Assembly: GCF_001194135.2 (NCBI RefSeq)
Contig: NC_068981.1
Span: forward strand, 175,139,440 to 175,174,540
Source of the DNA: Octopus bimaculoides
Lineage: Eukaryota
Direction of reading: 5' to 3'
DNA: 35,101 nucleotides
Part shown: positions 11,194 through 23,400 of the stretch, in pieces
How positions within the stretch are numbered: position 1 is the first letter of the stretch
Layout of the letters: each line of letters starts with the position of its first letter
The notes under the pieces: generated by a model
What the model was told of the DNA's origin: nothing
The model's database searches: none
Seen by the model: the letters and a program-made list of their open reading frames with translations, nothing else
Position numbers and translations under genes: made by a program

Positions 11194-12580
11194 CTAGCAG
11201 AGATACCCGGCGTTGCCCGTGTCATATGGAATTGAAGAATTAGACTTTTCTTTTATATTTTCTCTAATGAACTGGAATATTTATGATTAGAGTTTCATCA
11301 AAATTGGAGATTAAGAAGTTTAATGAAATTTCTTTCCCTCTTTACACACCCTAACAAAAATTCTAAGAATGGTATATTTATCCCATACTACTCGTCTTTA
11401 TGCTCAGATTCCAAGATCCAAATCTTATAAAACCTATTCAAAGGACTTTGCTCCTCTAAAATGGAGCACATGGATCACATATACCTCTAAAATGTGGGAA
11501 TTAAGGCCCCTATTAGTGGGCGGGGGCTTAAAGCCAACCAGAGAAGTTGAGCTGTTGGGAATCTTTTTTAACTTGTGTCTTATATCTATTGTTCAAATTT
11601 CTTTGAAATAGGAAATATATGAATGATCACTGCGTTTGTAATAGAGAGTGAAACTACAGGAAACCAAAAAACGAATGATCACGATGAGTAGTCAGCTACC
11701 CTACTCTGGTCGTTACCACTTCCCAGTTTAGGATTTCTCACCATACAGGTGATCAGCTTAGGCGTATGATGCATTACGGATCTATTGCAATTAGAAGGGC
11801 GTAAACCGACTCGAATAAACATTAACAACTGTGTGACGTGAGGGCCAAGCGGAAATGACAGTGTCACCTCTAGAGTTTGGCAATGATCACCATGCCGATA
11901 GGTAACTGATCAGAATAAATTTGCAATCTATAAATCACTTTGAATGACCAATCACTTATCTGGAAAGGCCTTGAAATCAATGTTACCATCTGACGACTAT
12001 CTCTGACCCAGTGATAATAAATATACTCAAAGGAGGTCTGCAACCAAATAACTTTACTCATAATAACACTTAGCAACTGAATCAGTGGAAGCAAATATGC
12101 CTCTCCTTTACTTGACAATTTATGCACCACATTGTAGACATCGCAATCTAAGCATATCTCAAAGTAAACTCTTACACTGCTGTACCATTGAATGACAAAT
12201 AATGATCATCTTGTATGCTCAGGTGACTCTACAGCTTCCAAAACTACTATTGTATTTGTCTTGGCTCAGGAAAAATGACTAAATTGTGGGTATTAAGCTC
12301 CCAATAAGGGGTCTTACTAACTCCTAAGAAGTTGAAATTCTAGGAATATTACTTCGTGTCTAATATCCATGGTTAAAATTCTATCAACAACAAAAATATA
12401 TGAATTTTGACGGGGGTTATGGCCTCCTTTATGCCCCTCTCACTTTCAAGCATATACTGCATTACATCAGTCCTTATACATAGAATATAATTTCCAAATT
12501 TCATAAAGATCCATTCTGTAGTTTTGAATCAAGTTTTGGATCATAAAAATGACTAAAATTTGGGAGTTTAGGCACCCATT
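11194..12580 (-). mobile_element. Non-autonomous Helitron-like element (3' end at 11194); 5' boundary uncertain
   Basis: Minus strand reads ..acgggcaacgccgggtatctctg-CTAG|T, i.e. a short GC hairpin about 10 nt before the terminal CTAG and a T target, the typical Helitron 3' end. Motifs are internally repeated (~11490-11570 versus ~12285-12360). Confidence 0.55.
11690..12280 (-). mobile_element. Highly decayed CR1/L2-like RT fragment nested in the Helitron-like element
   Basis: Frameshifted pieces QLLSV.., NIDFKAFPDK (~DFSKAFDKV), KVIYRLQIY (~KLxYKLxxYG), LGP..LLMFI and MHHTPKL (~FADDTKL) occur in the expected RT motif order. The match is weak. Confidence 0.4.
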
Positions 12581-12594
12581 AGGAAAACAGAACG

Positions 12595-12695
12595 AAACAC
12601 CTGTGTCGATTCATCTAACCGAACATTCAAGGCAGAACTCCAGCATGGCCACTATCTAATGACTGAAACAAATAAAAAAATAAAGGATAAAAGAT
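12595..12695 (+). mobile_element. 3' fragment of SINE (CCAGCATGGCC..AATGACTGAAACAA family)
   Basis: ctccagcatggccactatctaatgactgaaacaaataaa matches the 3' ends at ~13680-13715 and ~27785-27830. Confidence 0.65.
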
Positions 12696-12959
12696 ATATA
12701 CATGCATATGTTCGCAAGGCATTAAATCCAGGCTCTAATTGGAAATCAGAAAGGGTAAGAAGCTGACCAACATCTCTTCTGGAATTACCCTCTTCGATTT
12801 CCATAAGCATGGAAACACTCTATATTCAACTAAGGATTAATGTTGCATCGTATATTATTATTACATTGTGCTTGACCGAGGATTACCTCTTGTAAAGTGA
12901 CTGTTCAATTTTCTGTGAAACTAAATGAAACTTTTGAGACATATTATTATTATTAAACT

Positions 12960-13290
12960 TCACGTGTGAATTTGGTAGACGGAAACTGAAAGAAGCCTGC
13001 CGCACATATATGAGCGCGCGCGGGCGTGAGTGCTCGAAATGAGGGGTAGATAGACAGCCGACAACTGATGAAGGGTCGTTCTTTGTGCTACTTGTCCTGT
13101 TTTCCATTTGCTTCCCTTGCTGTTTGCGTATTGAACTAATTTATTTTTGTATTTCATGTTGTTTACTGTTGGTGACGTCCTGTACCCATATATGCATATA
13201 TGTATATATGCATGTGTGTGCGTGGTTTGAGATTATATGACCGTGTCTCTGTATATATGGTATTTGTCTCCCACCCCGCCNNNNNNNNNN

Positions 13291-13335
<45 letters not shown>

Positions 13336-13716
13336 TATATACATATATATATATGCATATATATATATATATATACATATATATATTATTTATATTATAT
13401 ATATATGTGTGTGTGTGCGTGTGTGTATGTGTTGTATGCATATATGTATATATGCATGTGTGTGCGTGGTTTGAGATTATATGACCGTGTCTCTGTATAT
13501 ATGGTATTTGTCTCCCACCCCGCCGCCATTGCTTTACTAGTTTTGTTGATTTCTTTACATCCCCGTATCCTACCGGTTCGGCAGAAGAGAATGATAGGGT
13601 GAGTAATAAACATGATAAAAATAAAACTTGTAGGATCGATGTTTCCGACCAAACCCTTCCAAGCTTTGTCCTATCATGGCCGTAATCCAATGACTGAAAC
13701 AAATAAATGATAAAAG
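12960..13716 (+). mobile_element. SINE body (head missing) with internal microsatellite, interrupted by a Penelope-like remnant (~13010-13200) and a 10-N gap
   Basis: tttggtagacggaaactgaaagaagcc at the 5' side and catccccgta..ggttcggcagaagag..atggccgtaatccaatgactgaaacaa at the 3' side; homologous to 27606-27832. Confidence 0.65.
13010..13200 (+). mobile_element. Repeat with hammerhead-like core fragments (CGAAA..CTGATGAAGG), Penelope-pLTR-like; same family as 27395-27600
   Basis: Shares ctgatgaagg..gtgacgtc(c/t)tgtaccca(t/g)atatgcat with the minus-strand copy at 27475-27590. Confidence 0.45.
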
Positions 13717-13727
13717 ACACACACACA

Positions 13728-13808
<81 letters not shown>
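13728..13808. repeat. (CA)n microsatellite
   Basis: Directly visible. Confidence 0.95.
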
Positions 13809-13810
<2 letters not shown>

Positions 13811-15771
13811 TACTTATACAAATATTTATCTGCAAAAACTCTACTGTGCTATTCAAAATCGATTGAACAACTTAACATGAACATTTTCTTAGTTAACATT
13901 TATTGTATCCAGACAACTGGATTTGTATTTATATATGTTCGTAGATATCTCTATGTTACATAAATTCAGCTACAGAAAAAAAAATTATATGTGTTCCTAG
14001 CTCCCAATCCCTTTGATTATCAACAATCTTTATGTGCTTTAATATGCATATTTTTATCTCTTTGTTTTGAAAACCAACTCGCACCGGATTTATGGCGAAG
14101 GCTGACTTGGCAATGTTGAAAAACGGCACTGACTACTAAACACGGTTGTCAAATCATATCTATGAATGATATGAGGTAATTGCTGTTGTATTTTATCTAT
14201 CATTCTCCAAAACAACAATTGTTATGGGATATTAATGTCAGTTCTATTGGTCTCCTCGAGGGAACACATTATCAGTTAAGAAAGACGACAGTTGTTAAAT
14301 TGGATCGATAAAAGACATATCTTTCTAAAACTTTATTGGGTGAACTACAAAACTAGGTTTGTCTAAATTTAGAAAACATTGATTATCTATCTTAAGCTTG
14401 TTATGCTGCCAAAACGGGTGGAATAATAGCGTTTGAACGTGTGCAATTATACTTGAATTTCTCTTTTGAGTTCCATGTATTTCCAAACAAAGGAAATACA
14501 TGAATACATGCATTTTCGTTCTTGTTGTCTTTGTCCTTCCCTTTGTCTGAACGTATGTCTCTACTTATATGTTTGTCTTTCTCTCTCTCTCACTCTCTCT
14601 GTCACTGACTCTCTAGCTTCCTAACAATCAACCTTTATTTTCTTATACATATATATAATCACGCACAATTCGAACACACACACACAAGCAAACACGAAAC
14701 GAAAACTGGAAACTGTAAACGCAATATTTGAAGATAAGACAAGCCAACAGAAAAAATAAATAGGGAGACAAAAGATAAAGAGAGGAGAGGAAGATGAAAT
14801 GAAAAGAGAACTATATTATTTTTATTGATATTAGATTCTTTAGCGCATAAATCTCGAAATTTCGATGGTGAACTCGGAAGTAATTTTCACAATTTTTAAG
14901 TTATGTTTTTACGCAAGCACACAAATTTCTACTTTTGAACTCATATATGATAATCATATTGTTGAAATGGAGNNNNNNNNNNNNNNNNNNNNNNNNNNNN
15001 NNNNNNNNNNNNNNNNNNNNNNNNNNNNNNNNNNNNNNNNNNNNNNNNNNNNNNNNNNNNNNNNNNNNNNNNNNNNNNNNNNNNNNNNNNNNNNNNNNNN
15101 NNNNNNNNNNNNNNNNNNNNNNNNNNNNNNNNNNNNNNNNNNNNNNNNNNNNNNNNNNNNNNNNNNNNNNNNNNNNNNNNNNNNNNNNNNNNNNNNNNNN
15201 NNNNNNNNNNNNNNNNNNNNNNNNNNNNNNNNNNNNNNNNNNNNNNNNNNNNNNNNNNNNNNNNNNNNNNNNNNNNNNNNNNNNNNNNNNNNNNNNNNNN
15301 NNNNNNNNNNNNNNNNNNNNNNNNNNNNNNNNNNNNNNNNNNNNNNNNNNNNNNNNNNNNNNNNNNNNNNNNNNNNNNNNNNNNNNNNNNNNNNNNNNNN
15401 NNNNNNNNNNNNNNNNNNNNNNNNNNNNNNNNNNNNNNNNNNNNNNNNNNNNNNNNNNNNNNNNNNNNNNNNNNNNNNNNNNNNNNNNNNNNNNNNNNNN
15501 NNNNNNNNNNNNNNNNNNNNNNNNNNNNNNNNNNNNNNNNNNNNNNNNNNNNNNNNNNNNNNNNNNNNNNNNNNNNNNNNNNNNNNNNNNNNNNNNNNNN
15601 NNNNNNNNNNNNNNNNNNNNNNNNNNNNNNNNNNNNNNNNNNNNNNNNNNNNNNNNNNNNNNNNNNNNNNNNNNNNNNNNNNNNNNNNNNNNNNNNNNNN
15701 NNNNNNNNNNNNNNNNNNNNNNNNNNNNNNNNNNNNNNNNNNNNNNNNNNNNNNNNNNNNNNNNNNNNNNN

Positions 15772-15804
<33 letters not shown>

Positions 15805-17109
15805 ATATATATGTATGTATGTATGTATGTGTGTGTGTACATGTATGTATCTATGAAGATATATATGTATACGCTTCACACAAATGTTTGTCTGTGTGTG
15901 TGTAGAATATTGGAATATAGTCGGAAACAGACCTAAATTTTTGAGTCAAAGAACGTAGAAGTACACATGGTAGAGCACAATAATTTAGGAGAGAGGTCTG
16001 AATGGGAGGTACACTGATTTTGTTTGACGTGTGATATTTTAGCATATAGGAATTTTGTGAACATTTGTTTTGATGTAAAATGCATGGAAAGGAATAATTT
16101 AGAACGGGTTTTTTATGCATCGGCTGCGTGGTATTTGAAAGAAATGGAGCAGCTCTTTCACTGCAATTTTTTTAAGGGGTGAAGGTTAGCAGGTTTTGCG
16201 GAGCTGAGATCATTTCGGCTAGGATCCGCAACGACTCATAAAAATTCAGGAAATGAAGGAACTTGTATGCTTTACGCTTCCTTAATGCTTCGATTGCTTT
16301 GCTAATGGTTATCTTACAGCATTGCAGTGATGCAGGATTTCCTGAAAAACTAGCTGGCAATACCTCTTATGTCTATACTTGAATATATTGTGCGACATAT
16401 GGAGACACGAAGACACATACGCAGGAGTTCGGTAAAAGTTTAGCAGTGAAGGTGGACAATAGTGAAGTACATTTTCTGCTAAATGTTTTTCGCATTTCTG
16501 CTTGGATAAATGACTTGATTTGCATTACTACTGCTGGTGTGGTTGTTTTTTTAGGTCAGCTCTGACCAAGGGGATATATAATTGACAGATTTCTAACGGG
16601 AACATTTCGTTTTTATTGTTATAATTATGAATATATTACACAGTGTACCCTTCATTTATCTTAAATGGCAGGGGTGTGATTTGATAAATATTCGATTATT
16701 ACTCTTAGTGGATTTAGTGACCCGGAGAGACCTCTTCCCTGCCAAGAATTCACAACGATTTCGAACCCACAAGAATAAACAAGAGAGACAGAGACAGGCA
16801 GAAATGAAAAAAAAAATGCCCCTTGTATTTGAATACTATGCAAATATTCTTTAAATTTTTTAAAAAAATTTTTTTAAAATTTAATTGTTTTCTATACTTA
16901 TAGTTGAAAATGTCTCAATGACTGAAACCGGTATTGAAATGTTTTTTATANNNNNNNNNNNNNNNNNNNNNNNNNNNNNNNNNNNNNNNNNNNNNNNNNN
17001 NNNNNNNNNNNNNNNNNNNNNNNNNNNNNNNNNNNNNNNNNNNNNNNNNNNNNNNNNNNNNNNNNNNNNNNNNNNNNNNNNNNNNNNNNTATATATATAT
17101 ATATATATA

Positions 17110-17262
17110 TGTATGTATGCTTACATATAAGAGACAAGGTGTACATATCCTGCTATATATATATAATACAGAACGGGACAAGAACGCAAAACATCCAGAT
17201 AGACGATACAAAGAAACCACGGACAGGTCATTCGGAGTTTTCTCTCTTCAGTCGAGATCCAG
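17110..17262 (-). mobile_element. Penelope-pLTR-like remnant with degenerate hammerhead core
   Basis: Minus strand reads ctcga-CTGAAGA-GAG-aaaa-CTC-c-GAAT-gacct-GTC-cgtgg, followed by a T-rich tail running into (TA)n. Confidence 0.4.
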
Positions 17263-17299
17263 ATTATCCTTGCAATTTCGTATGGTTATTCTCGATATT

Positions 17300-17573
17300 G
17301 CTCCGATCCGAAATAGGTACTAACCCTTCCAGTATTTTCCACATGTAAATTATTACACATCTCTCACATCTGCACCCTAGGGAGTAGAGGCGTAGTTCTT
17401 TCACTCTCCCCCTGTAGTTTATCTGTTGGACTGTAGCAATCATTTTAGCGTAGTGACGCTGCATTGTTTCTTGCTCCGTTGTAAGCTTAATACTGTGTGG
17501 TGACCACAGCTGTGGGCAGTAGTCTAGGCGGCTGTGAACAAAGGTCTTCCACAGAGTCAACATGACTTCTTGA
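17300..17573 (-). mobile_element. CR1/L2-clade LINE, 3' part of ORF2, decayed
   Basis: MLTLWKTFVHSRLDYCPQLWSPH..ETMQR..LRLYSLGCRCERCVIIYMWKILEGLVP matches the CR1 C-terminal pattern (SRLDYCSxLWSP..LYSLERRRERxxIIYxWKI). Confidence 0.85.
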
Positions 17574-18885
17574 CACACACACACAGACACATACACACAC
17601 ACACACGCACACATACACGCACACGCGCACGCACACGCACACACACACACGCACACACACACACATATATGTATATATGAATGTATGTGTGTGTATATAT
17701 AGATACACATATCTCGCCTGTCTATGTCTATCAGGTGTTATAATACCTGGCGCGCAGGGAGAACATATTCCATTAACCCAAATCGCGACCTACCGACAAA
17801 CAGTATGATTGTACGTTGAGTACATGTGGTTGATAATCTCTCTCTCTCTCTCTCTCCCTCTCTCGCTTTACGTCTCGCTCTTATATATATNNNNNNNNNN
17901 NNNNNNNNNNNNNNNNNNNNNNNNNNNNNNNNNNNNNNNNNNNNNNNNNNNNNNNNNNNNNNNNNNNNNNNNNNNNNNNNNNNNNNNNTTTACTTCAAAA
18001 AGATACCAAAATATAAATCTTAAAGCAAGCCAGAAGATTTAAAAAGATAAACTCGAAGCAATAAATTTGATTTCTTGCTTCAGTAAGACTCTCCTAGCTT
18101 TGATCATTTCATTGGTACCATTCACATCGTTTCTAACAGAAATTACACAGGCATGTAAAGCCTGTGTGTGTGTGTGTGAGTATGTATATATATATATATA
18201 TATATATATACATACATATATATATATATATATATATTCGTGTATTTACATAAACTTACATATGCATTCAAATACATATGCACAAACATAAACACTCGCG
18301 CACATACACATACACACGTATATACATAAATAGTATGACCCCCAGCAAAACTAGGGATTTAAAGAAGTATGTTTTATGTATAATCAAATTATTTTTTAAA
18401 ATTAATATACGCTATGCATAATTTATTCATAAAAACTTTTCCATTGTATTCATTGAGATGAATACATGGTATTGACTTGGACATGAGCAGAGAGAAAAAC
18501 TCTTGACCGAGCGGATCATCGCATAGTATTTGATTCACGACCCGTCAAATTTTTGCAAAACTTTTATGGTTTATCGTAGTAGATACTCCGTGGAACACAA
18601 GAAAACATTTGCTGATATTGTCCCTTTCCTTTACATATAAATGATTGGTTTACAGAAAAATGCTCAATGGAATGAGAATTATGATCCATTGTCATTTGAT
18701 GCTCTCTTATTATTTTTTTGATCCCCGTGAGTCACATTGTTGATTAATTGTTGAAGGTCTCTTCTAAAGGTGAACCTAATTGTTTAACCTAATTGTTGAA
18801 TTATTGAATTGTTCATTGCTGTTGTTTTTGCCTGTTGCATTTGTTTACTTCCCCATTTATGGGTGAAGTTGTAAGAAAAGAAACT

Positions 18886-20303
18886 ATGGAAAGCGAACCA
18901 GTTCCAGGCGGCAGCTATGCTGCAGCAACTGGAAGGAGCTTAACTGCAGACATTCTACATGTTCGAGAGTTTAAATTAAAAGAAAAGAAGTTGAACCAGT
19001 TCAACAAGCTTATCGAGAAGTAGAGTACCAGTCTGAGGTTGACCCCGCCGCAAGATGTGAATGAGAATACAACTAAGTGGACAGTAGTGTACAGAACGCT
19101 GTTCACGGAAACGAAAAAATTGAAATAACGACGGTAGAAGCATTGAAAGAGTGTTTGAAGGAGAAAAAAGGGCTTACGACGTTCTATACCAGAGGGAAAA
19201 AATTACGGTAGAGTGGAGGTAAGGTTCGTGAGCGAACAGGACGCGATAAAATACTCCACTGTGGCGTTAAGGTCAACAGAGTGGGTACTACTGCCACCTT
19301 ACTGTGGCCAGAGAATAGATTGGTAGAGTATCCCCGGAGATTGATGGGGCGTGGCTGGTGTGGCGGTCATTTTGTATAACACAGAGGAAGAAGCGAAAGT
19401 TTTAAAAGTGAAAAGAACGACTGAGCTGAACTGTGGGGATACGGCCTCGAGGTGGCGGTCCAGGTCAGTTTACAGGATTTACATAAAATTGCAGAAGAGG
19501 TCATACTGCCGGATGAAGTGAGATTAATAGTGGTGGTGGAGGGAAGACCGCCCATCTGCCACCAGTGTGGAGTACGGGGACACATAAAGCATAAGACGAG
19601 GATGTGACGGAACAGGAGCAGCAGGGAGCAGCAGGGAGAAAAGGAGCAAAACGCGAGGAGCAAAAACCAGACTGCGAAAACCAGTACAAAAAATGTGGAG
19701 CAGCACTATACGGTGGTGAAGAGAAAAAAGAAGCGAGAGGGAAACGCGGACTCACCACCAAAGAGTCTGCTAAAAAAAAAAAGAGAAAAGCAGGCGTAGA
19801 GGTGGCTCAGTGTGAGAGACCAACAACATCAAGGAAAACCAGTGCGGAGGAGAAAGTGAATTTTCAGAAGTGAAAGGAAGAAAGACGGGAGATGCCAGCA
19901 GCATCGAATGAAAAAAACTACAGATAAAAAGGAGCTACCAATGCCAGTAACACGAGAGGAGACCAACAATGGAAGACAGGAAGGATTACAGAAGGGGAAG
20001 CATATAAATATATTTAGATATGTGTATGTATGAAGTTAGTGAACAAGGGTTATTTGGTCTTAAAACTTGACTGTGTTATTTAGAGATCACCCCCAAAATG
20101 ATGTATATATTCGTTTGTAATTCCTACGTACTATCCCCAGCATATGTATTCTAGCATGTGTTCGTGGCAAATGGACAGCTTTGTTCTTGGATGTTGGATA
20201 TACATTGTCTCTTTGTTTAGCACTATTGTCTCGCACTTAGGTATCATTATCTTAGTTAAATCTGCCGTAAAATTTCGGATCCGACCTCTAGTCGAGGAAT
20301 AAA
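18886..20303 (+). mobile_element. Decayed L1/Tx1-type ORF1-only element (ORF1 ~18886-19990, then ~300 bp 3' region ending at AATAAA)
   Basis: MESEPVPGGSYAAA..NYGRVEVRFVSEQDA..LLPPYCGQR..GLEVAVQV..LIVVVEGRPPICHQCGVRGHI[dup]RRGC (CX2CX4HX4C), then a K/E/R-rich tail. No endonuclease or RT motifs seen downstream. AATAAA at 20298. Confidence 0.75.
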
Positions 20304-20413
20304 CACGCTTCCTTGATGTGCAATGGATAAGGCGTTGTTTTCCTCTAGCGTTTGCAAATCAATTTCGGAAACCATGTAGAAGTGTAATAAGTGCACTGTT
20401 TTCCCTCCTTTCA

Positions 20414-20463
<50 letters not shown>

Positions 20464-23400
20464 CACATACAGCAGCACCATGAAGTTCTCTTTTCGTTAT
20501 GAATTCCGGATAATAAAATTTACATTTGCACGAGTAATAAAAATACGTTCTAAAAGTTCGTTGCTTTGGGTGTGGCTCTAGTGACCTTGCATATCATAAA
20601 GATAAAACGAAAAGTGCTATTGTCATCTAAATGTAGCAATAGAAGCCAACGTTTTTGTCGAGATTTGTAGTTGCAAAGGTTATAAAAGCAAATAAAATTG
20701 ATGTTTTTTTCCTGCTGCACCTTTACAGGAATTTATGGGTGCATATTAAAATGCTAGTGTCTGTGCATTTAGTTGATATTGAGTGAAATCTAAATTTTAC
20801 TGTTTTACAAAATTGCTTCTCTGGTTCAAATACACTCGAGCAGACGTTACTAAATTTACAAACAAACACACACATACACATACATACCCACTCGCACACA
20901 CATGCACTTGCGCGTTTGTGTGTTAAAATAATATCGGCATTTTAATCAATTTTAATATCAACGAAACATTTACTGATGGTGTGCATGGCTTTGTATTGTG
21001 TTCTAAAAATGTCTTCATGTGAGTTACATTCGGTGACATAAAAAGAGTGATACGCCAGATTACTTTCAATTCTGTATTGAGATTTCACCAGCGTCTGAAT
21101 AGTATCTATAGGGTGATTGCATATAAACACGGGTTAAGTGATTGTCTTAATATTATTATATACTATAATACCGAGTATACCAGTAAATTTTAATGTATTG
21201 TATGTTATAGACAAATGTAAAATTCTTCATAAAATATCTGTAAATACCTCGCACTATCTACACCTGTCTATTGCCTAAATTATTAGCTACAACCTATACA
21301 CTTTGGTGTATATTGTTGAAAAACAATATGAACAAACCAGTAATTTATTAGTCGAATTAGCAGTTAAATATCTTATGTAAATTAGTCTCTCATTTACGTA
21401 AACTATTTCTAAGTAATATCCGTGTGGAACAGTTGAAGATGATACTCAGATAATAAAATTTCAAAGCAGTATTGTAATTAGTCTATTTAATTCTTCAGCT
21501 TTTTGTCTACAGTGTAGTCATTTGTCTATTACATAAACAGTCGAGTAAAATCATTAGATATATTCTGTAGCGTATATGTGCTAAGAACACGGTTATTAAT
21601 AACATCCTACTGTTTAACAGCAAATGTACAATGATCATATAAATCCATTCGCCTCGCCTAATAAGATAAAATGGGTTTTGTTGCGATTCCTGAATAATCT
21701 TCTTAGATTGTTGAGCCAACAATTCCCTTGTTTGTTCCATAAGTAGACTTAGGTCACATGATTATATGTGATGGAATTCATGCAAAGTTTTCAACCTAGA
21801 AGTCTTGTTTATTCTAAGACAGGCAAATACAACTTTATAGTTATAGGAGTTGCTCAAACGATCAGATATTTCATTATCAAACACATTCAAAACTGTATAG
21901 CATTCTTGACTTGTTATACACTGATGCTGTAAGCGTCGACTTGCCGTAGGTTATCCATCACAACGATATAAATTTCTAATCTAAAACCTGTCAGATCCTG
22001 TAAGATTCGAAGAAATATGGATTTGTTTGTTATCATGTAAATGTTTGTTTGGAGCAGTAGATTATTTGTGAAAGTCAAATGCTTTTAGAATATAATAGCC
22101 TTGCATTAATAAGCTATTAATCTTAAGACACCATTCCTAAGTTGAATGATAGTGATCAGGACGGCTGTCAGCCTATGTGTGATGTATACATGCGGGTAGA
22201 GCAGACGATAGTGGCTGAAACAAATAGAAACAAATCTGACAATGTTATAAAGAATGATATCAGCTGAATGGTCTCTTTTAAGCAATAATCATTGTAATTG
22301 GAGTTCAAGGGTTGGAATTTAAACAAAAATGTGTATACAGTGCTTTTATAAATGATATAAGGCGCGGAAAATTTTGGAAATAATCCAGAAAAGAAATTGG
22401 TTCAGATGCAAATGCGTCAATGTAGACATGATGGAAGACCATTTGAATATTGCTTTTATAAGGCCGTTTTATTGCTGTGAAGAGAATAGGTGCATGCATA
22501 GTACATGTGTATGATGTATGAATAATTGTTTCTAACAGAGGCAAAAACTACAAAATTTTTGTGAAGATATGATAAGCGTAAGCACTTGATCATTACTTGA
22601 TTTTATTCACCGAGAACGGTCTAAGGCATTTCAGTCTCGACCCGGTTTTGATTTAGACTAATTCAATAATACAAGGAATTTTTTCCAGCTCATTGCTAAT
22701 TCAGCGTCTCCTGTTCTTCGTGATTACTAACGGTAACGACAAAAATGTCGCGTACGAAATTTATATCAATGTACAAATGCGCATACACACACACATATGA
22801 ATACACAAATATATACTCGCCCATATGCACACACTATGAAAAACAACAATGGCATCCGCCATTTTGGTTGTCTTCATTAGCACCAGCACAACCAGACTGA
22901 AAGACTTCCGTGGAAGTCCGAGTAGCCTTAGTCATAATAATCAACTTTATACGAATAAATAAACACTAGCGAATGTATTCCTTACGCTTTTTCACGTTTG
23001 TATTCCAAAACTGAATATCTACATAAACAAATGATGTATATCTATGTGTGCGCATGTAGAAAAAAAGTTGAAAGTGTACAGAGCTTCATTTAGATTTCTT
23101 TATTTAAATATGTTTAAAGACAATCGGTTTTACAGGTTTCTCTGATTTTCAAAAGCTGAGAGAAAAAGACGTGGAACTATGTTACAACTGTCTTGCTTTT
23201 GATTGTATTTCAAAAATTACCTTGTTTTTATAAAGAGAACATGGTTCCAATTAGTATCTGTTTTGGATAAGTTTTGTTTAGTCAAGGATGATCACGTGAT
23301 CCGGATCCGGCTTAGAAAGTTTTGTAAGTTCTCCACTATATTTGGTGCTGTCAGTTGAAGCTGTCACAGTTGTGTGACTATGACTAGTGATAACCCATCA

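Noticed and set aside
13191-13524. Identical 90-bp direct repeat (13191-13280 and 13435-13524)
   Set aside because: The first copy ends exactly at a 10-N gap, so this is most likely an unmerged contig overlap (assembly artefact).
13163-13810. 215-aa ORF with signal-peptide-like LQVLFLSCLLLTLSFSSAEP
   Set aside because: It is the antisense reading of a SINE body plus microsatellites.
22125-22520. Short open frames (TIPKLNDSDQDGCQPMCDVY..; ARKILEIIQKRNWFRCKC..)
   Set aside because: Weak splice signals, no recognisable homology, and lengths compatible with chance.
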